Below, piece by piece: positions 47,680-56,045 of a DNA stretch of 64,000 nucleotides. The notes under the pieces were generated by a model. It searched no databases. It had not been told where the DNA came from and saw nothing but the letters and a program-made list of their open reading frames with translations. The translations under genes and the position numbers were made by a program. Source of the stretch: Vulcanimicrobiota bacterium (lineage in GTDB: Bacteria; Vulcanimicrobiota; Vulcanimicrobiia; Vulcanimicrobiales; Vulcanimicrobiaceae); contig CAVZQC010000003.1 in the NCBI GenBank assembly GCA_963777315.1, positions 11,009 to 75,008 of the forward strand, read 5' to 3'. How positions within the stretch are numbered: position 1 is the stretch's first letter; each line of letters begins with the position of its first letter.

Positions 47680-48183
47680 TTACGGCTTTTTGGCGGCGGG
47701 ATGTCCGTTGACGCGCACTTCATAGCTGAACGTCTGCGTCTTATGCGGTGCAAGTGCCCGTGGCGCGATCCAGCGCACGGCCTTGTACAACGCCGGGTCG
47801 GCGGCTTTCACGAGCGTTCTTCGCGGCGTCTTCACCGAAAAGGCCGGCCGGGCGGACCAGCTCTTCCCATCCAGCGTGTATTGGACGGCGGCATCGTCGC
47901 CGCGCGCAGACTGCAGAACGTATGAAGTTGCTTGGGGGATGGGGCCGACCGGAACGAGTTTGAACGCGGGAGAGGTTCCTACGTTCGTCGCGACGATCGT
48001 GTAGCGAACGAGATCGCCGGCCTTGAGCGTCAGCCCTTGCACGGGCGTTTGTTTGATTTGACCGTTGCTATGCTGCACAAGCACGCCGCTCAAATGCAGT
48101 TTCACCGCGGGTGCCGCCGCGGCTGCCGCCGAGCAGCACGCAAAAATCGCGCCCAACAGTAAAGGCGCGCGCAGAACTCTCAT
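47680..48183 (-). CDS. Small secreted single-DUF11-domain protein (operon gene 1)
   Basis: ATG at 48183 preceded by a GGGAGG Shine-Dalgarno. Signal peptide MRVLRAPLLLGAIFACCSAAAAAA. LKAGDLVRYTIVATNVGTSPAFKLVPVGPIP is the repeat signature. Confidence 0.7.
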   Translation of the reverse strand: MRVLRAPLLLGAIFACCSAAAAAAPAVKLHLSGVLVQHSNGQIKQTPVQGLTLKAGDLVRYTIVATNVGTSPAFKLVPVGPIPQATSYVLQSARGDDAAVQYTLDGKSWSARPAFSVKTPRRTLVKAADPALYKAVRWIAPRALAPHKTQTFSYEVRVNGHPAAKKP

Positions 48184-48328
48184 GTATCCTCCCAACAGCG
48201 TGCGGTGCACCGGACCGCAACGCTTATTAGCACCACTATCGGAAGGGAAGGCTCGCGCTATAGGTGTCCGGCACTGTACATACGAAAATTTAACGCTGCA
48301 CCGCTCGAGCTCAGCACGCCCACCGATT

Positions 48329-48800
48329 TCACTTCAGCGCGTCGCCGTACTTACCCGAGAGGTTCTCATTTACTTGACCGGTTTCGCCGGCCCAGGGCTG
48401 CTTGGAGTCCTTCATGTCCGTCATCGTCGCAACCAAGGTATAGCGCGGGTTGATCCTCCTGGCGGCGGTTGGAATAAAACAGCACGATACGATGCTGCAG
48501 CTTGAGATGAGCCGCTTGGACGACGATGCTCCGAAACGTCGTGATACGTGTAATGTCAGGTCTCCGAATGGACCCTCGATGTTCGTGGCGCTCTCCAATG
48601 CTTCGGATTTCAAGACGCGTTTAAACGCCGTGCCTCGCGTACGCGTAGCGATCATAATATGTTCTTCGTACGGAGCGCTTGCAACGGAAAAGCCGCGTAT
48701 TGCCTTCGCTGTCGTTCTCAGGCGGAATTGGAAAGCGTGATGTCGATAAACTGCCCGGCCGTAAACGTCCAATCGGCCGGCTTTGAAATTCGAAAGCCAT
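48329..48800 (-). pseudogene. Decayed paralog of the FNR-like gene at 2895..3659
   Basis: MAFEFQ-, then frameshifted. FSVASAPYEEHIMIATRTRGTAFKRVLKSEALESATNIEGPFGDLTLH and YTLVATMTDMKDSKQPWAGETGQV match the intact copy. Internal deletions are present, and the upstream element is retained in degraded form. Confidence 0.7.
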
Positions 48801-48845
48801 CGTGCCCTTAGCGGCTTGCTCGCCTTAAGCGGCGATATAAACGTC

Positions 48846-48892
48846 GGCCACCAAACCGCACAGATAACGTGGACATTTGCCCCCTACGGTGC
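48846..48892 (-). promoter_or_regulatory. Conserved intergenic element, copy 5 (degenerate; the CTGTGCGGTTTGG box is retained, the 5' box is lost)
   Basis: Lies upstream of the FNR-like pseudogene, in the same relative position as copy 3. Confidence 0.4.
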
Positions 48893-48943
48893 AACGATGA
48901 ATCGCGACATTTTTGCTGGGCCGCGGCCCAACGCTACGATAGT

Positions 48944-49499
48944 ATGAGGCGCATGCTGCTCACGCTCGGACATGGAACTGCGGCTGAGGATGAACTTGCG
49001 GCAATCATTCGTGGAGCGGGGTTCGAGTCGCTCGTCGACGTCCGCACTGTCCCTAAGAGCCGTCGTCATCCGCAGTTTTGGCGCAAAGAGATGGAACGCT
49101 GGGTCCCGGAACGCAGTAGAAGCGCGTATCGGTGGGAGCCGGCTTTGGGCGGCTTTCGAAAAGCCAATCGCAATAGCCATAACGTCGCCTTGCGTCATCC
49201 TTCATTTCGCTGGTATGCCGATTACATGGAGACCGATGCCTTCGCAGTCGCGCTCGACGACCTTCTCGCGCAAACGAGGACGGCGCAGGTGGCGATCATG
49301 TGTTCCGAAACCGTTTGGTGGCGCTCTCACCGCCGGCTGATATCGGATGCCGCGCTCCTGCTTCATGGCGTTTCCTGTGCAGCACGTAATGCACGATGGC
49401 AAACTTCGGCCGCACATTCCCACGGCCGGTGTTCGCACGACGGCGGAGGGAACGCTCCGTTATGACGTACTGTTCGAGACCGCTGACGCTATGGATTAG
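48944..49499 (+). pseudogene. DUF488-family gene, paralog of 16513..17055, frameshifted near its 3' end
   Basis: MRRMLLTLGHGTAAEDELAAIIRGAGFESLVDVRTVPKSRRHPQFW...AIMCSETVWWRSHRRLISDAALLLHGV. One extra nt near 49374 follows. The conserved ending HVMHDGKLRPHIPTAGVRTTAEGTLRYDVLFETADAMD* reads in the next frame. Confidence 0.65.
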
Positions 49500-49589
49500 A
49501 CGAGATTTATATGGCAACGCCATCCGGTCGGATTGATGCCGACTTGATGAGGCGGTACGTGTTGCTGGCCGGTAAAACGACCTTATGTT

Positions 49590-50945
49590 TCAGCGGCTCC
49601 GCTCGGGACGATTTGCGTAGCTGAATATTGGCCGCATTGTCAGCCATGCGTAACCCGCCCCCGCTCGATGTGCTAGCGCCTGCAGTGTATCGATTTCTTC
49701 GGGAATATAGTGCGTGTGGTCGGTCTTCGGCCCACAAACGATAAACCCAACCAAGTGAGTGCGTGCCGTCATCGGAAGCATGAGCGCCGCCCGCAAGGGG
49801 TGCTGCGGTGCATCGCATTCGAAGGGCTCGCTCCAGCGGCGTAGTCGCAGCACGGCCAGATCGTTTGCCGACAGTATCTCCGGCGTGCCCTGCACAATCG
49901 GGTGCGACTGTACGAACGTCGCGCCGTCTGCGGTGAAGATTGCGACGTATTGCGACTCGAGGCGCATGCGAAGCGTTTGAAGGGTTTGCGCGAGCAGCTG
50001 GCCTGGGTCGCTTATGAGATCCACCTCATGAGTGAAACGGCGGATAGCGGCCAGTGCAAGCGCCTGCGCGTGAAAGATGATGCGGTTCAAGGCCCGTTCG
50101 ATATATTTGTGCATGCTCGTAATCGAAAAGCCCAGCGCAAGCGCTAAGGCGACTTCCGCGACGATGTGGAAGCGCGAATGCTCGAGCCACTTCCCGAAAG
50201 CCCAATCTGCTAACGCAAGGATGCCGATCGTTAACGTCGTCATGAAACCGAAGACAAGAGCACGGCTCACGACGAAGCGAATATCGAACAACCGGTGCTT
50301 AAGGATCGTGTATGCCAGGGCAACAGGAGCAACAATGAGCCACGCCTGAGTGAGATTTGCGACCGATAACGAAAGTAAACGTCCCGCCGCGTTTTCAACA
50401 GCGGTAAAGAAAACGTAGGGCAAAAAGGCGATTGCGAAAGCGGAGATGGCCCACCGTAGGCGCGTCCGTTCGTCTTGTTCCGAACGCGTATACCTGAAAA
50501 TCAATACGGCAATGCCCGGCACGTAAAGCGCGGCGATGGCTATTTGAATGTCGCTGGTGAGCGCTTGCGGATAACGTATGCCGATTAAGCTCGCGCCGCT
50601 GCAGATATTTGCTAGAGCAAGGACCGGCGCGACAGCGAACCAGAGTATTCGCTCGACGCGTTGAGGCAGGCCGGTGGGCTGCGCATTTGGAAAGCGCAGA
50701 CCGAACGAAAATAGTGCGAACGGGGCGATCGCCTGCAGTACCGGGATCGTAAAGAAGCTGAAGAGTACAATGAGCCACGGCGGAAAATACTGGAGTGCCT
50801 GATCGCCGTTGTACAAGAAGGAAGAAGAAAATATAAAGAACGACCACGTCGTGGGCATGGGACGCAGCAGTACCAAAGCGGCAGCGATCAGTGTATACGC
50901 CACTAAGGACAAGACAGACTGCAATATCCGTCGCATTCTCGGCAA
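49590..50945 (-). CDS. Polytopic membrane sensor with a C-terminal GAF-like domain
   Basis: About 7 TM helices, followed by a cytoplasmic roughly 160-aa domain (LISDPGQLLAQTLQTLRMRLESQYVAIFT...LMLPMTARTHLVGFIVCGPK). Confidence 0.7.
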   Translation of the reverse strand: MPRMRRILQSVLSLVAYTLIAAALVLLRPMPTTWSFFIFSSSFLYNGDQALQYFPPWLIVLFSFFTIPVLQAIAPFALFSFGLRFPNAQPTGLPQRVERILWFAVAPVLALANICSGASLIGIRYPQALTSDIQIAIAALYVPGIAVLIFRYTRSEQDERTRLRWAISAFAIAFLPYVFFTAVENAAGRLLSLSVANLTQAWLIVAPVALAYTILKHRLFDIRFVVSRALVFGFMTTLTIGILALADWAFGKWLEHSRFHIVAEVALALALGFSITSMHKYIERALNRIIFHAQALALAAIRRFTHEVDLISDPGQLLAQTLQTLRMRLESQYVAIFTADGATFVQSHPIVQGTPEILSANDLAVLRLRRWSEPFECDAPQHPLRAALMLPMTARTHLVGFIVCGPKTDHTHYIPEEIDTLQALAHRAGAGYAWLTMRPIFSYANRPERSR

Positions 50946-51271
50946 GAGTTCGTGCCCTCGGATGTGCCACCAGCGTCGCGCTTTTTCCGGAAAGTAGCGG
51001 TAGCACGATGACTTGTCCGGCGTAGCCGACTCCCACGGCGCCTAAGCTTGGTGCGTTCCGCCAGGGTCATCCGAGAGAGGTCGACAGCGTCTCCCACATG
51101 CAAGCCTTGGGCGCGCGCATAGTCGTCGACCGCCGTAACAACCCCGGCGCTATTCGTTCCAAATCCAAAGCTGCTCCAGGGCTGCCATGGATCAACGATG
51201 TCGGGGGCAGTAAATGCCAATGCGCCGAGCGCCAGAAAGAGGATAACGGAGACTCGCAAAAATGTGCGCAT
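50946..51271 (-). pseudogene. Signal-peptide protein (PDZ-like?) immediately upstream of the GAF sensor, frameshifted; possibly the sensor's original N-terminal extracytoplasmic domain
   Basis: MRTFLRVSVILFLALGALAFTAP...GLHVGDAVDLSRMTLAERTKL. An extra A in CTTAGG (about 51045) follows. GAVGVGYAGQVIVLPLLSGKSATLVAHPRARTL then continues in another frame and runs into the sensor start. Confidence 0.4.
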
Positions 51272-51358
51272 AGTCGTCTCTCCTGCGGCTTTTGCTACGG
51301 TTTGGGAGGACACCCCTAGGGCGTGGTCGTCGCGTGCACTGCTCGCAATCGAGTGAGG

Positions 51359-51478
51359 GTCCGCGTACCCGAGGCCGCCGCTCCAATAGGGAGCGTAACC
51401 GTAATACCCGTAATACGGCTTCCAGGACTCGCCGCTCGGGATTTGCGCTAACTTTGGGTCGTATGCAGGACACTGGAC
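51359..51478 (-). pseudogene. Orphan 3' fragment of a PRC-barrel gene, paralog of 22230..22649
   Basis: PAYDPKLAQIPSGESWKPYYGYYGYAPYWSGGLGY compares with PAYDPKLDEIRNPEFWGPYYGYYGYAPYWGGGLGY in the intact gene. DNA similarity is clear by eye. No upstream PRC-barrel domain is present. Confidence 0.55.
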
Positions 51479-51507
51479 GCAGCCTCGTGGGCTGCATTGG
51501 AGAGATT

Positions 51508-51759
51508 GTGAAACTCGTAAACGCAATAAATGCCCAAGCTCTCAAGCATGCCACGCTGATCGCGGAATCGAACGAGTTTGCGATCTACGATGTCGGCAAT
51601 GATACCTACGCGCTCGTGCATCGGCATGCAGCCGTTGAATGGCAAGCCATTACGATCTCGGGCGACGGCCTCTTCCGCGTGCTCGAAATATTGGCTCAGG
51701 CTACCCGCACCTTGTACCGAGATGTCGCGGGTGAGCTTTCAAAGCAACGGCGCTCCTAG
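51508..51759 (+). CDS. Small (83 aa) hypothetical protein
   Basis: GTG start with a GGAGA Shine-Dalgarno 4 nt upstream. VKLVNAINAQALKHATLIAESNEFAIYDVGNDTYALVHRHAAVEWQAITISGDG... A frameshifted paralog lies at 29176. Confidence 0.45.
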   Translation: MKLVNAINAQALKHATLIAESNEFAIYDVGNDTYALVHRHAAVEWQAITISGDGLFRVLEILAQATRTLYRDVAGELSKQRRS

Positions 51760-51791
51760 CCGAAGCTCGAAGCCGTACTCGGCGACGCGAA

Positions 51792-52973
51792 ATGTTCTGC
51801 ACGTTTCTTCTGAGCGCAATACTTACCATCGCGCCCTCCGACGGCTTGCGGGATCGCGCCGTGACGATTGCCGCGCATACGGCGCCGGATCGTGCGCTGG
51901 AGTTCGTTCTGCACCTGCGTGATGCCAACGGCGTCGCTTGGACTTCCCGCGTAGTTGCAGCGACCGACGCGCGCGGCGAGGCCAAGCTCGCCGAACCCAG
52001 GCGCCTTTTCAGCAGCGCGCTGCCATCGGTGGGTACGGCGCCGTTCGCATGGCCGCGGGATCTGCAGCCCGCCACGGGGAGACTCGAGTTAGTGGAAAAC
52101 GGTCGCGTCGTCGCGCAACAGCCGCTCGTACGCCGGCAAATCGGCGCCAATGTGATGCGGCAGCGCATCGCCACGTCGCGCGTGTACGGCGAATCATTCA
52201 TTCCGCGCAACGGCACATCGCTGCCCGCCGTCGTCGTTTTGGGAGGATCGGAGGGCGGTTACCCGATCGACATTCCTGCGATGCTGGCCTCCCATCGGAT
52301 CGCCGCGCTTTCCAGTGCATATTTCGGGGAACCGGGCTTACCGCAAGACCTCGTGGAAGTTCCAATCGAACGGGTGCGCGACGCGGTGCATTACCTCGCC
52401 GCCCTGTCTCGAGTCAACCCGCGCAGAATCGCGGTGCTCGGCGTTTCGCGCGGCGGTGAGCTTGCGTTCGTCGCCGCTGCGCATTTTCCCGAAATTCGCG
52501 CCGCCGCCGGCATCGTGCCAAGCCCGATCGTGGAAGCCGGATTGCGCTTCGGAAAAAGTCCGGTGAACGAATCAGCCTGGACGCTCCAAGGGAAACCGCT
52601 GCCGTTCGCATCTTACGCGCAGATCATGGAGTTCATTCGCAGTGGCAACGCCGCGTCGGTCCCAAACGCCGTGATCGATTTTCAGCGCATCAACGGCCCC
52701 GTCGCAATCATCGCCGGTGCGGACGATCGCCTCGGCCTTTCCGGCCTGCTCTTCAGGCGCACGCTCAACCTGCTTCACCTCCGCGCCGGCGATCTGTTCG
52801 AGGACTATCGCGGCGCCGGGCACCTCATCGAGATCCCTTACACGCCGACCGCAAATCGCGAAACCCTTAAAACTCCGTACGGAATGCTCCAATTCGGCGG
52901 CAACCCAGACGCGTACGCAGCGGCCGATGCTCAAAGCTGGCCACTGCTCGTACACTTCTTGTACGCCCACTAA
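51792..52973 (+). CDS. BAAT/acyl-CoA thioester hydrolase family alpha/beta hydrolase
   Basis: PAVVVLGGSEGG...IAVLGVSRGGELAF (nucleophile elbow) ...GADDR...GAGHLI. Confidence 0.8.
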   Translation: MFCTFLLSAILTIAPSDGLRDRAVTIAAHTAPDRALEFVLHLRDANGVAWTSRVVAATDARGEAKLAEPRRLFSSALPSVGTAPFAWPRDLQPATGRLELVENGRVVAQQPLVRRQIGANVMRQRIATSRVYGESFIPRNGTSLPAVVVLGGSEGGYPIDIPAMLASHRIAALSSAYFGEPGLPQDLVEVPIERVRDAVHYLAALSRVNPRRIAVLGVSRGGELAFVAAAHFPEIRAAAGIVPSPIVEAGLRFGKSPVNESAWTLQGKPLPFASYAQIMEFIRSGNAASVPNAVIDFQRINGPVAIIAGADDRLGLSGLLFRRTLNLLHLRAGDLFEDYRGAGHLIEIPYTPTANRETLKTPYGMLQFGGNPDAYAAADAQSWPLLVHFLYAH

Positions 52974-53110
52974 TTGGTTCTTCGGGGGTTGCGGCCGCAT
53001 TGAGTGAAGTCGATGCACTATAGAGCGGTCCCTCGATGGGGTTAAGGTGTTCGTGGAACGGGAATGGGCTCGAAAACGCTGCAGCGTCACGCACCCGGAA
53101 AGGAGTTTGT

Positions 53111-53563
53111 ATGCCCACGAGAACGGCAAAAGCGCAATGGTCCGGAGAAGTTAAGACCGGCAGAGGAACGATCGAACTTGGAAGTGGCGCGTTCTCCGGC
53201 ACGTATTCGTTCGGAACGCGCTTCGAAAACGAACCAGGGACAAATCCGGAAGAACTTATTGCTGCATCACACGCCGGCTGCTTTAGCATGGCGCTCTCGC
53301 TGATGCTCGGAAAAGGCGGGTATGTACCGAAAACGATTGACACAGCCGCAAAGGTGACGATCGAAGCTCAAGGAGAGGGCTTCGCAATCACGCGCAGCGA
53401 GCTTTCTACCGTCGCTGACGTGCCCGGTATCGGCGAGGAGGAGTTTCAGCGTTTCGCAAATGCGGCGAAGGACGGGTGCCCTGTTTCAAAAGCGTTGGCC
53501 GGAATTGCGATCTCGCTCGATGCGAAACTTGCAACCTCGCGGAATGCGGATCTGCGCCGCTAA
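53111..53563 (+). CDS. osmC: OsmC-family peroxiredoxin
   Basis: AGGAG Shine-Dalgarno. TAKAQWSGEVKTGRGTI...TNPEELIAASHAGCFSMAL...AKDGCPVSKAL. Confidence 0.9.
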   Translation: MPTRTAKAQWSGEVKTGRGTIELGSGAFSGTYSFGTRFENEPGTNPEELIAASHAGCFSMALSLMLGKGGYVPKTIDTAAKVTIEAQGEGFAITRSELSTVADVPGIGEEEFQRFANAAKDGCPVSKALAGIAISLDAKLATSRNADLRR

Positions 53564-53581
53564 CAGCGCGAGCGCATCGCT

Positions 53582-55042
53582 TTACGCGCTTACCGTGGAG
53601 GCCGACTCAGCTTCATTGGAAGCCGCACTGCGCGCAATATACGCCTTGAGCTGCGCGCCGAATTCCCCGAAAATCGTGACTTGGGAGAGATCGATGGGCG
53701 TGAGCGGCAACTGTAGGCGTAGCGCATCGCGGCCGCCCATAGCCCACGGAATGACGCTGCAGAAGAAGAACCCCAACGCCTCGACGGCATCGCAAACCTG
53801 CGGCGTGCCCGGATCTTCGAGCGGCAGGTTCACGTAGACCGCTCCCACATGCCCCAGCACACGGATATCCGCGAGCGCTTGCGTTATTTGCTGCACGGTC
53901 GCGCTGCAGGCTCTAACCACGTCGATGGCGGCAAAACCTTCGCTGCGGGAAACCTCGATGTGCAGATCGCCGGTAGCCGTCGCAGCGCTGCCTTCGCGCA
54001 CGTCGACCGGGAAACCGAGATTACCGTAAATCGTAGCGATCATTTCGCGGTGGCGCGGCGGCGCATAAATCGTACGCGATTCGCGCGCCTTTAGCGGTTT
54101 GATGTAGATCGTAAAACTTTGCCGCTGACCGGCGCCCGTATACTGCATTTGCTTGGGGGTGAAGTCCGCCGGATCGCCGCCAAGCACGATGCCGCAGAGG
54201 CGCGCGCCGATTTTAGCGCTGTCTTCTTGCGTGCGCGGATGCGTGGTCACCGGCTCGGTGTAGAATGCGCCGAAACCCAGCCGCACGGCCTCGTCTTCGG
54301 CAAACTGACGCAACCGTTCGAGCAGGCCGCGCCCCCGATGCGCGGGCGAAACGATAGCAGCGCACCCGTCGACCAGCGGCGTTCCGGGCAGCGGATCGAG
54401 CGCGAAGTGTCCGACGATTTCGCCGTCTTCGGCTACCGCTACGATCGATATGTACGCATTTGCGCTATTCAGCTCGACGAGCCGCTTGGGTACGTAGACC
54501 GAGGGAAAGATGTAGCGATACCCCCACGTTTGGTAGAACGCGCGCGCAACGCCGGGCGCATCTTCGGGTTGAAAGCGCCGTATCACGTATTGCTGCTGCG
54601 GTGCGAGCGGTACGGTCGCTTCGCGGGGCGGCTCTGCGCCGACGTCGGCGATACCGTGCGGGCGTTGCAGCGTGAGCCGAAGTTCGCTTCCCGCTCGGCC
54701 GTGCAGCTTCCACTGCGCGCTGTCGACGCGTTCGAGGATGTTCTCCCAACTCGGGTCGCGGCGCGCGTTGCCGTCGTCGAGCGGCAAGCCTCGCTCCAGC
54801 AGGCAGATCTGCAATTCTTGCGGCGTCCAAACCGCGCGCACGTGAATCGGCTCGCGTTCACCGGCCATGGCATCGCGCACGATGAGTTCGAACCCCAACC
54901 GCGCCGCATCGGCGATCTTGGTGCAGTGCGCTTGGTCGAACTCTGCGCGCGAAGCGGCATCGCCGGCTATATAGGCGGCGAGCGTGGCGTAGCCGGCTTC
55001 CGGCGGAAGCCGCACATCGATAACGTGCTCGATATCGGCCAT
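53582..55042 (-). CDS. Fusion of an HATPase-like (anti-sigma/RsbW-type) N-terminal domain with a GNAT N-acetyltransferase
   Basis: N-terminal part: ARLGFELIVRDAM...IHVRAVWTPQELQICLLERGLPLDD...GSELRLTLQRP. Middle part: IRRFQPEDAPGVA...IVGHFALD...AIVSPAHRGRGLLERL. Confidence 0.7.
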   Translation of the reverse strand: MADIEHVIDVRLPPEAGYATLAAYIAGDAASRAEFDQAHCTKIADAARLGFELIVRDAMAGEREPIHVRAVWTPQELQICLLERGLPLDDGNARRDPSWENILERVDSAQWKLHGRAGSELRLTLQRPHGIADVGAEPPREATVPLAPQQQYVIRRFQPEDAPGVARAFYQTWGYRYIFPSVYVPKRLVELNSANAYISIVAVAEDGEIVGHFALDPLPGTPLVDGCAAIVSPAHRGRGLLERLRQFAEDEAVRLGFGAFYTEPVTTHPRTQEDSAKIGARLCGIVLGGDPADFTPKQMQYTGAGQRQSFTIYIKPLKARESRTIYAPPRHREMIATIYGNLGFPVDVREGSAATATGDLHIEVSRSEGFAAIDVVRACSATVQQITQALADIRVLGHVGAVYVNLPLEDPGTPQVCDAVEALGFFFCSVIPWAMGGRDALRLQLPLTPIDLSQVTIFGEFGAQLKAYIARSAASNEAESASTVSA

Positions 55043-55086
55043 ACGGCACAGTTCGACCGGCGCGTACGCAGCTCCGGCGGGGACGA

Positions 55087-55502
55087 CTATGGCGATCCCA
55101 GCCAGGGATTGGTAACGCTAACCCCTATGTTCTTGAAGTTCTTTTCATTGCGCGTCACGACGCTTAAGTTCCGCTCGAGCGCCGTTGCGGCGACCAATGA
55201 GTCCATCGCGCTGGGCGTAATTCTTCTTTGCTGCAGTGTTGCTACTAATCGGCCCCACCGGTCGGCCACGCCGGCGTCGAATGCCAGGATGCGACCGGCA
55301 AACTGGTCGCGATATCGTTAGTCAGCCACGATTCCAAGGTTGCCTTTTTCGCCGCGTCGTTGCAGCACTCGATTCCCTTGCGGAGTTCGCCGAGTGTCAC
55401 AACGCTGATGTAGACCTGCAGCGGGTCCACAGTGCGCATCCAACCCGCCAATCCGCCGTCTGGGCGCTTTTTCACGACTTCAGAAACAGCGCAGGTGTCC
55501 AT
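55087..55502 (-). pseudogene. vapC: PIN-domain VapC-type toxin, frameshifted near 55305
   Basis: ORF 55245..55502 gives MDTCAVSEVVKK...VVTLGELRKGI...LESWLTNDIA. ORF 55087..55269, extended upstream in its own frame, gives QFAGRILAFDAGVADRWGRL...MDSLVAATALERNLSVVTRNEKNF. Confidence 0.7.
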
Positions 55503-55513
55503 GAGGAACCCGC

Positions 55514-55747
55514 TCAGAGGTCGACCTCACGTAGCGCGCCCGGCAGACGCTCGAGATCCAGATCGACGCCGACGAGCGGCGACGAACGGAAAAACTCGAA
55601 AAGATTTTGTTTTGGGCGGACGGCATTGAAAAGGGTATCGTACGAGATGACGACGACGGCGTCTTTGCCATGCTTGGTTACGCATTGCGGATTGCCCTCG
55701 AGCGCGCGTTGCACTACCTCGCTGAATTGCGACTTGGCATCCTGCAA
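55514..55747 (-). CDS. Phd/YefM-family type II antitoxin
   Basis: MQDAKSQFSEVVQRALEGNPQCVTKHGKDAVVVISYDTL. The stop lies 11 nt upstream of the PIN gene start. Confidence 0.8.
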   Translation of the reverse strand: MQDAKSQFSEVVQRALEGNPQCVTKHGKDAVVVISYDTLFNAVRPKQNLFEFFRSSPLVGVDLDLERLPGALREVDL

Positions 55748-55981
55748 TTGCCAGCGCGCGCACCTTCCGGGAGCGACAGCGCTCCAAAGCGCCGAGAGCA
55801 GCGCATTCGTATGGAACTCGCTGCCACGAATAGACTCGCTGCCACGCTGCCGGCGTGCGGCGCGACGCAGCCCGCGCTTGCTTTTCCACTGTGGTGATTC
55901 TCCTAGACTGTCTAGTCAGTATACCCAGTTGACCGCGCCTCAGCAAGGCCCAACCGGTCGGTGCATTTTTACGGCCGCCCC

Positions 55982-56017
55982 TTGACATTCGCCAAAAATA
56001 TAACTATATAGTTATAT
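55982..56017 (+). promoter_or_regulatory. Sigma-70-type promoter (TTGACA-17 nt-TATATA) overlapped by a perfect 20-bp palindrome, putative ArsR operator
   Basis: TTGACA at 55982-55987 and TATATA at 56005-56010. Palindrome ATATAACTAT|ATAGTTATAT at 55998-56017. An AGGAG Shine-Dalgarno and ATG 56046 follow. Confidence 0.6.
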
Positions 56018-56045
56018 AACCAAACGGTAAAACGAAGGAGCCTCT

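Noticed and set aside
48184-51800. Mobile element or genomic island explaining the duplicated fragments
   Set aside because: No transposase, integrase, tRNA attachment site or terminal inverted/direct repeats could be found around the paralogous remnants.
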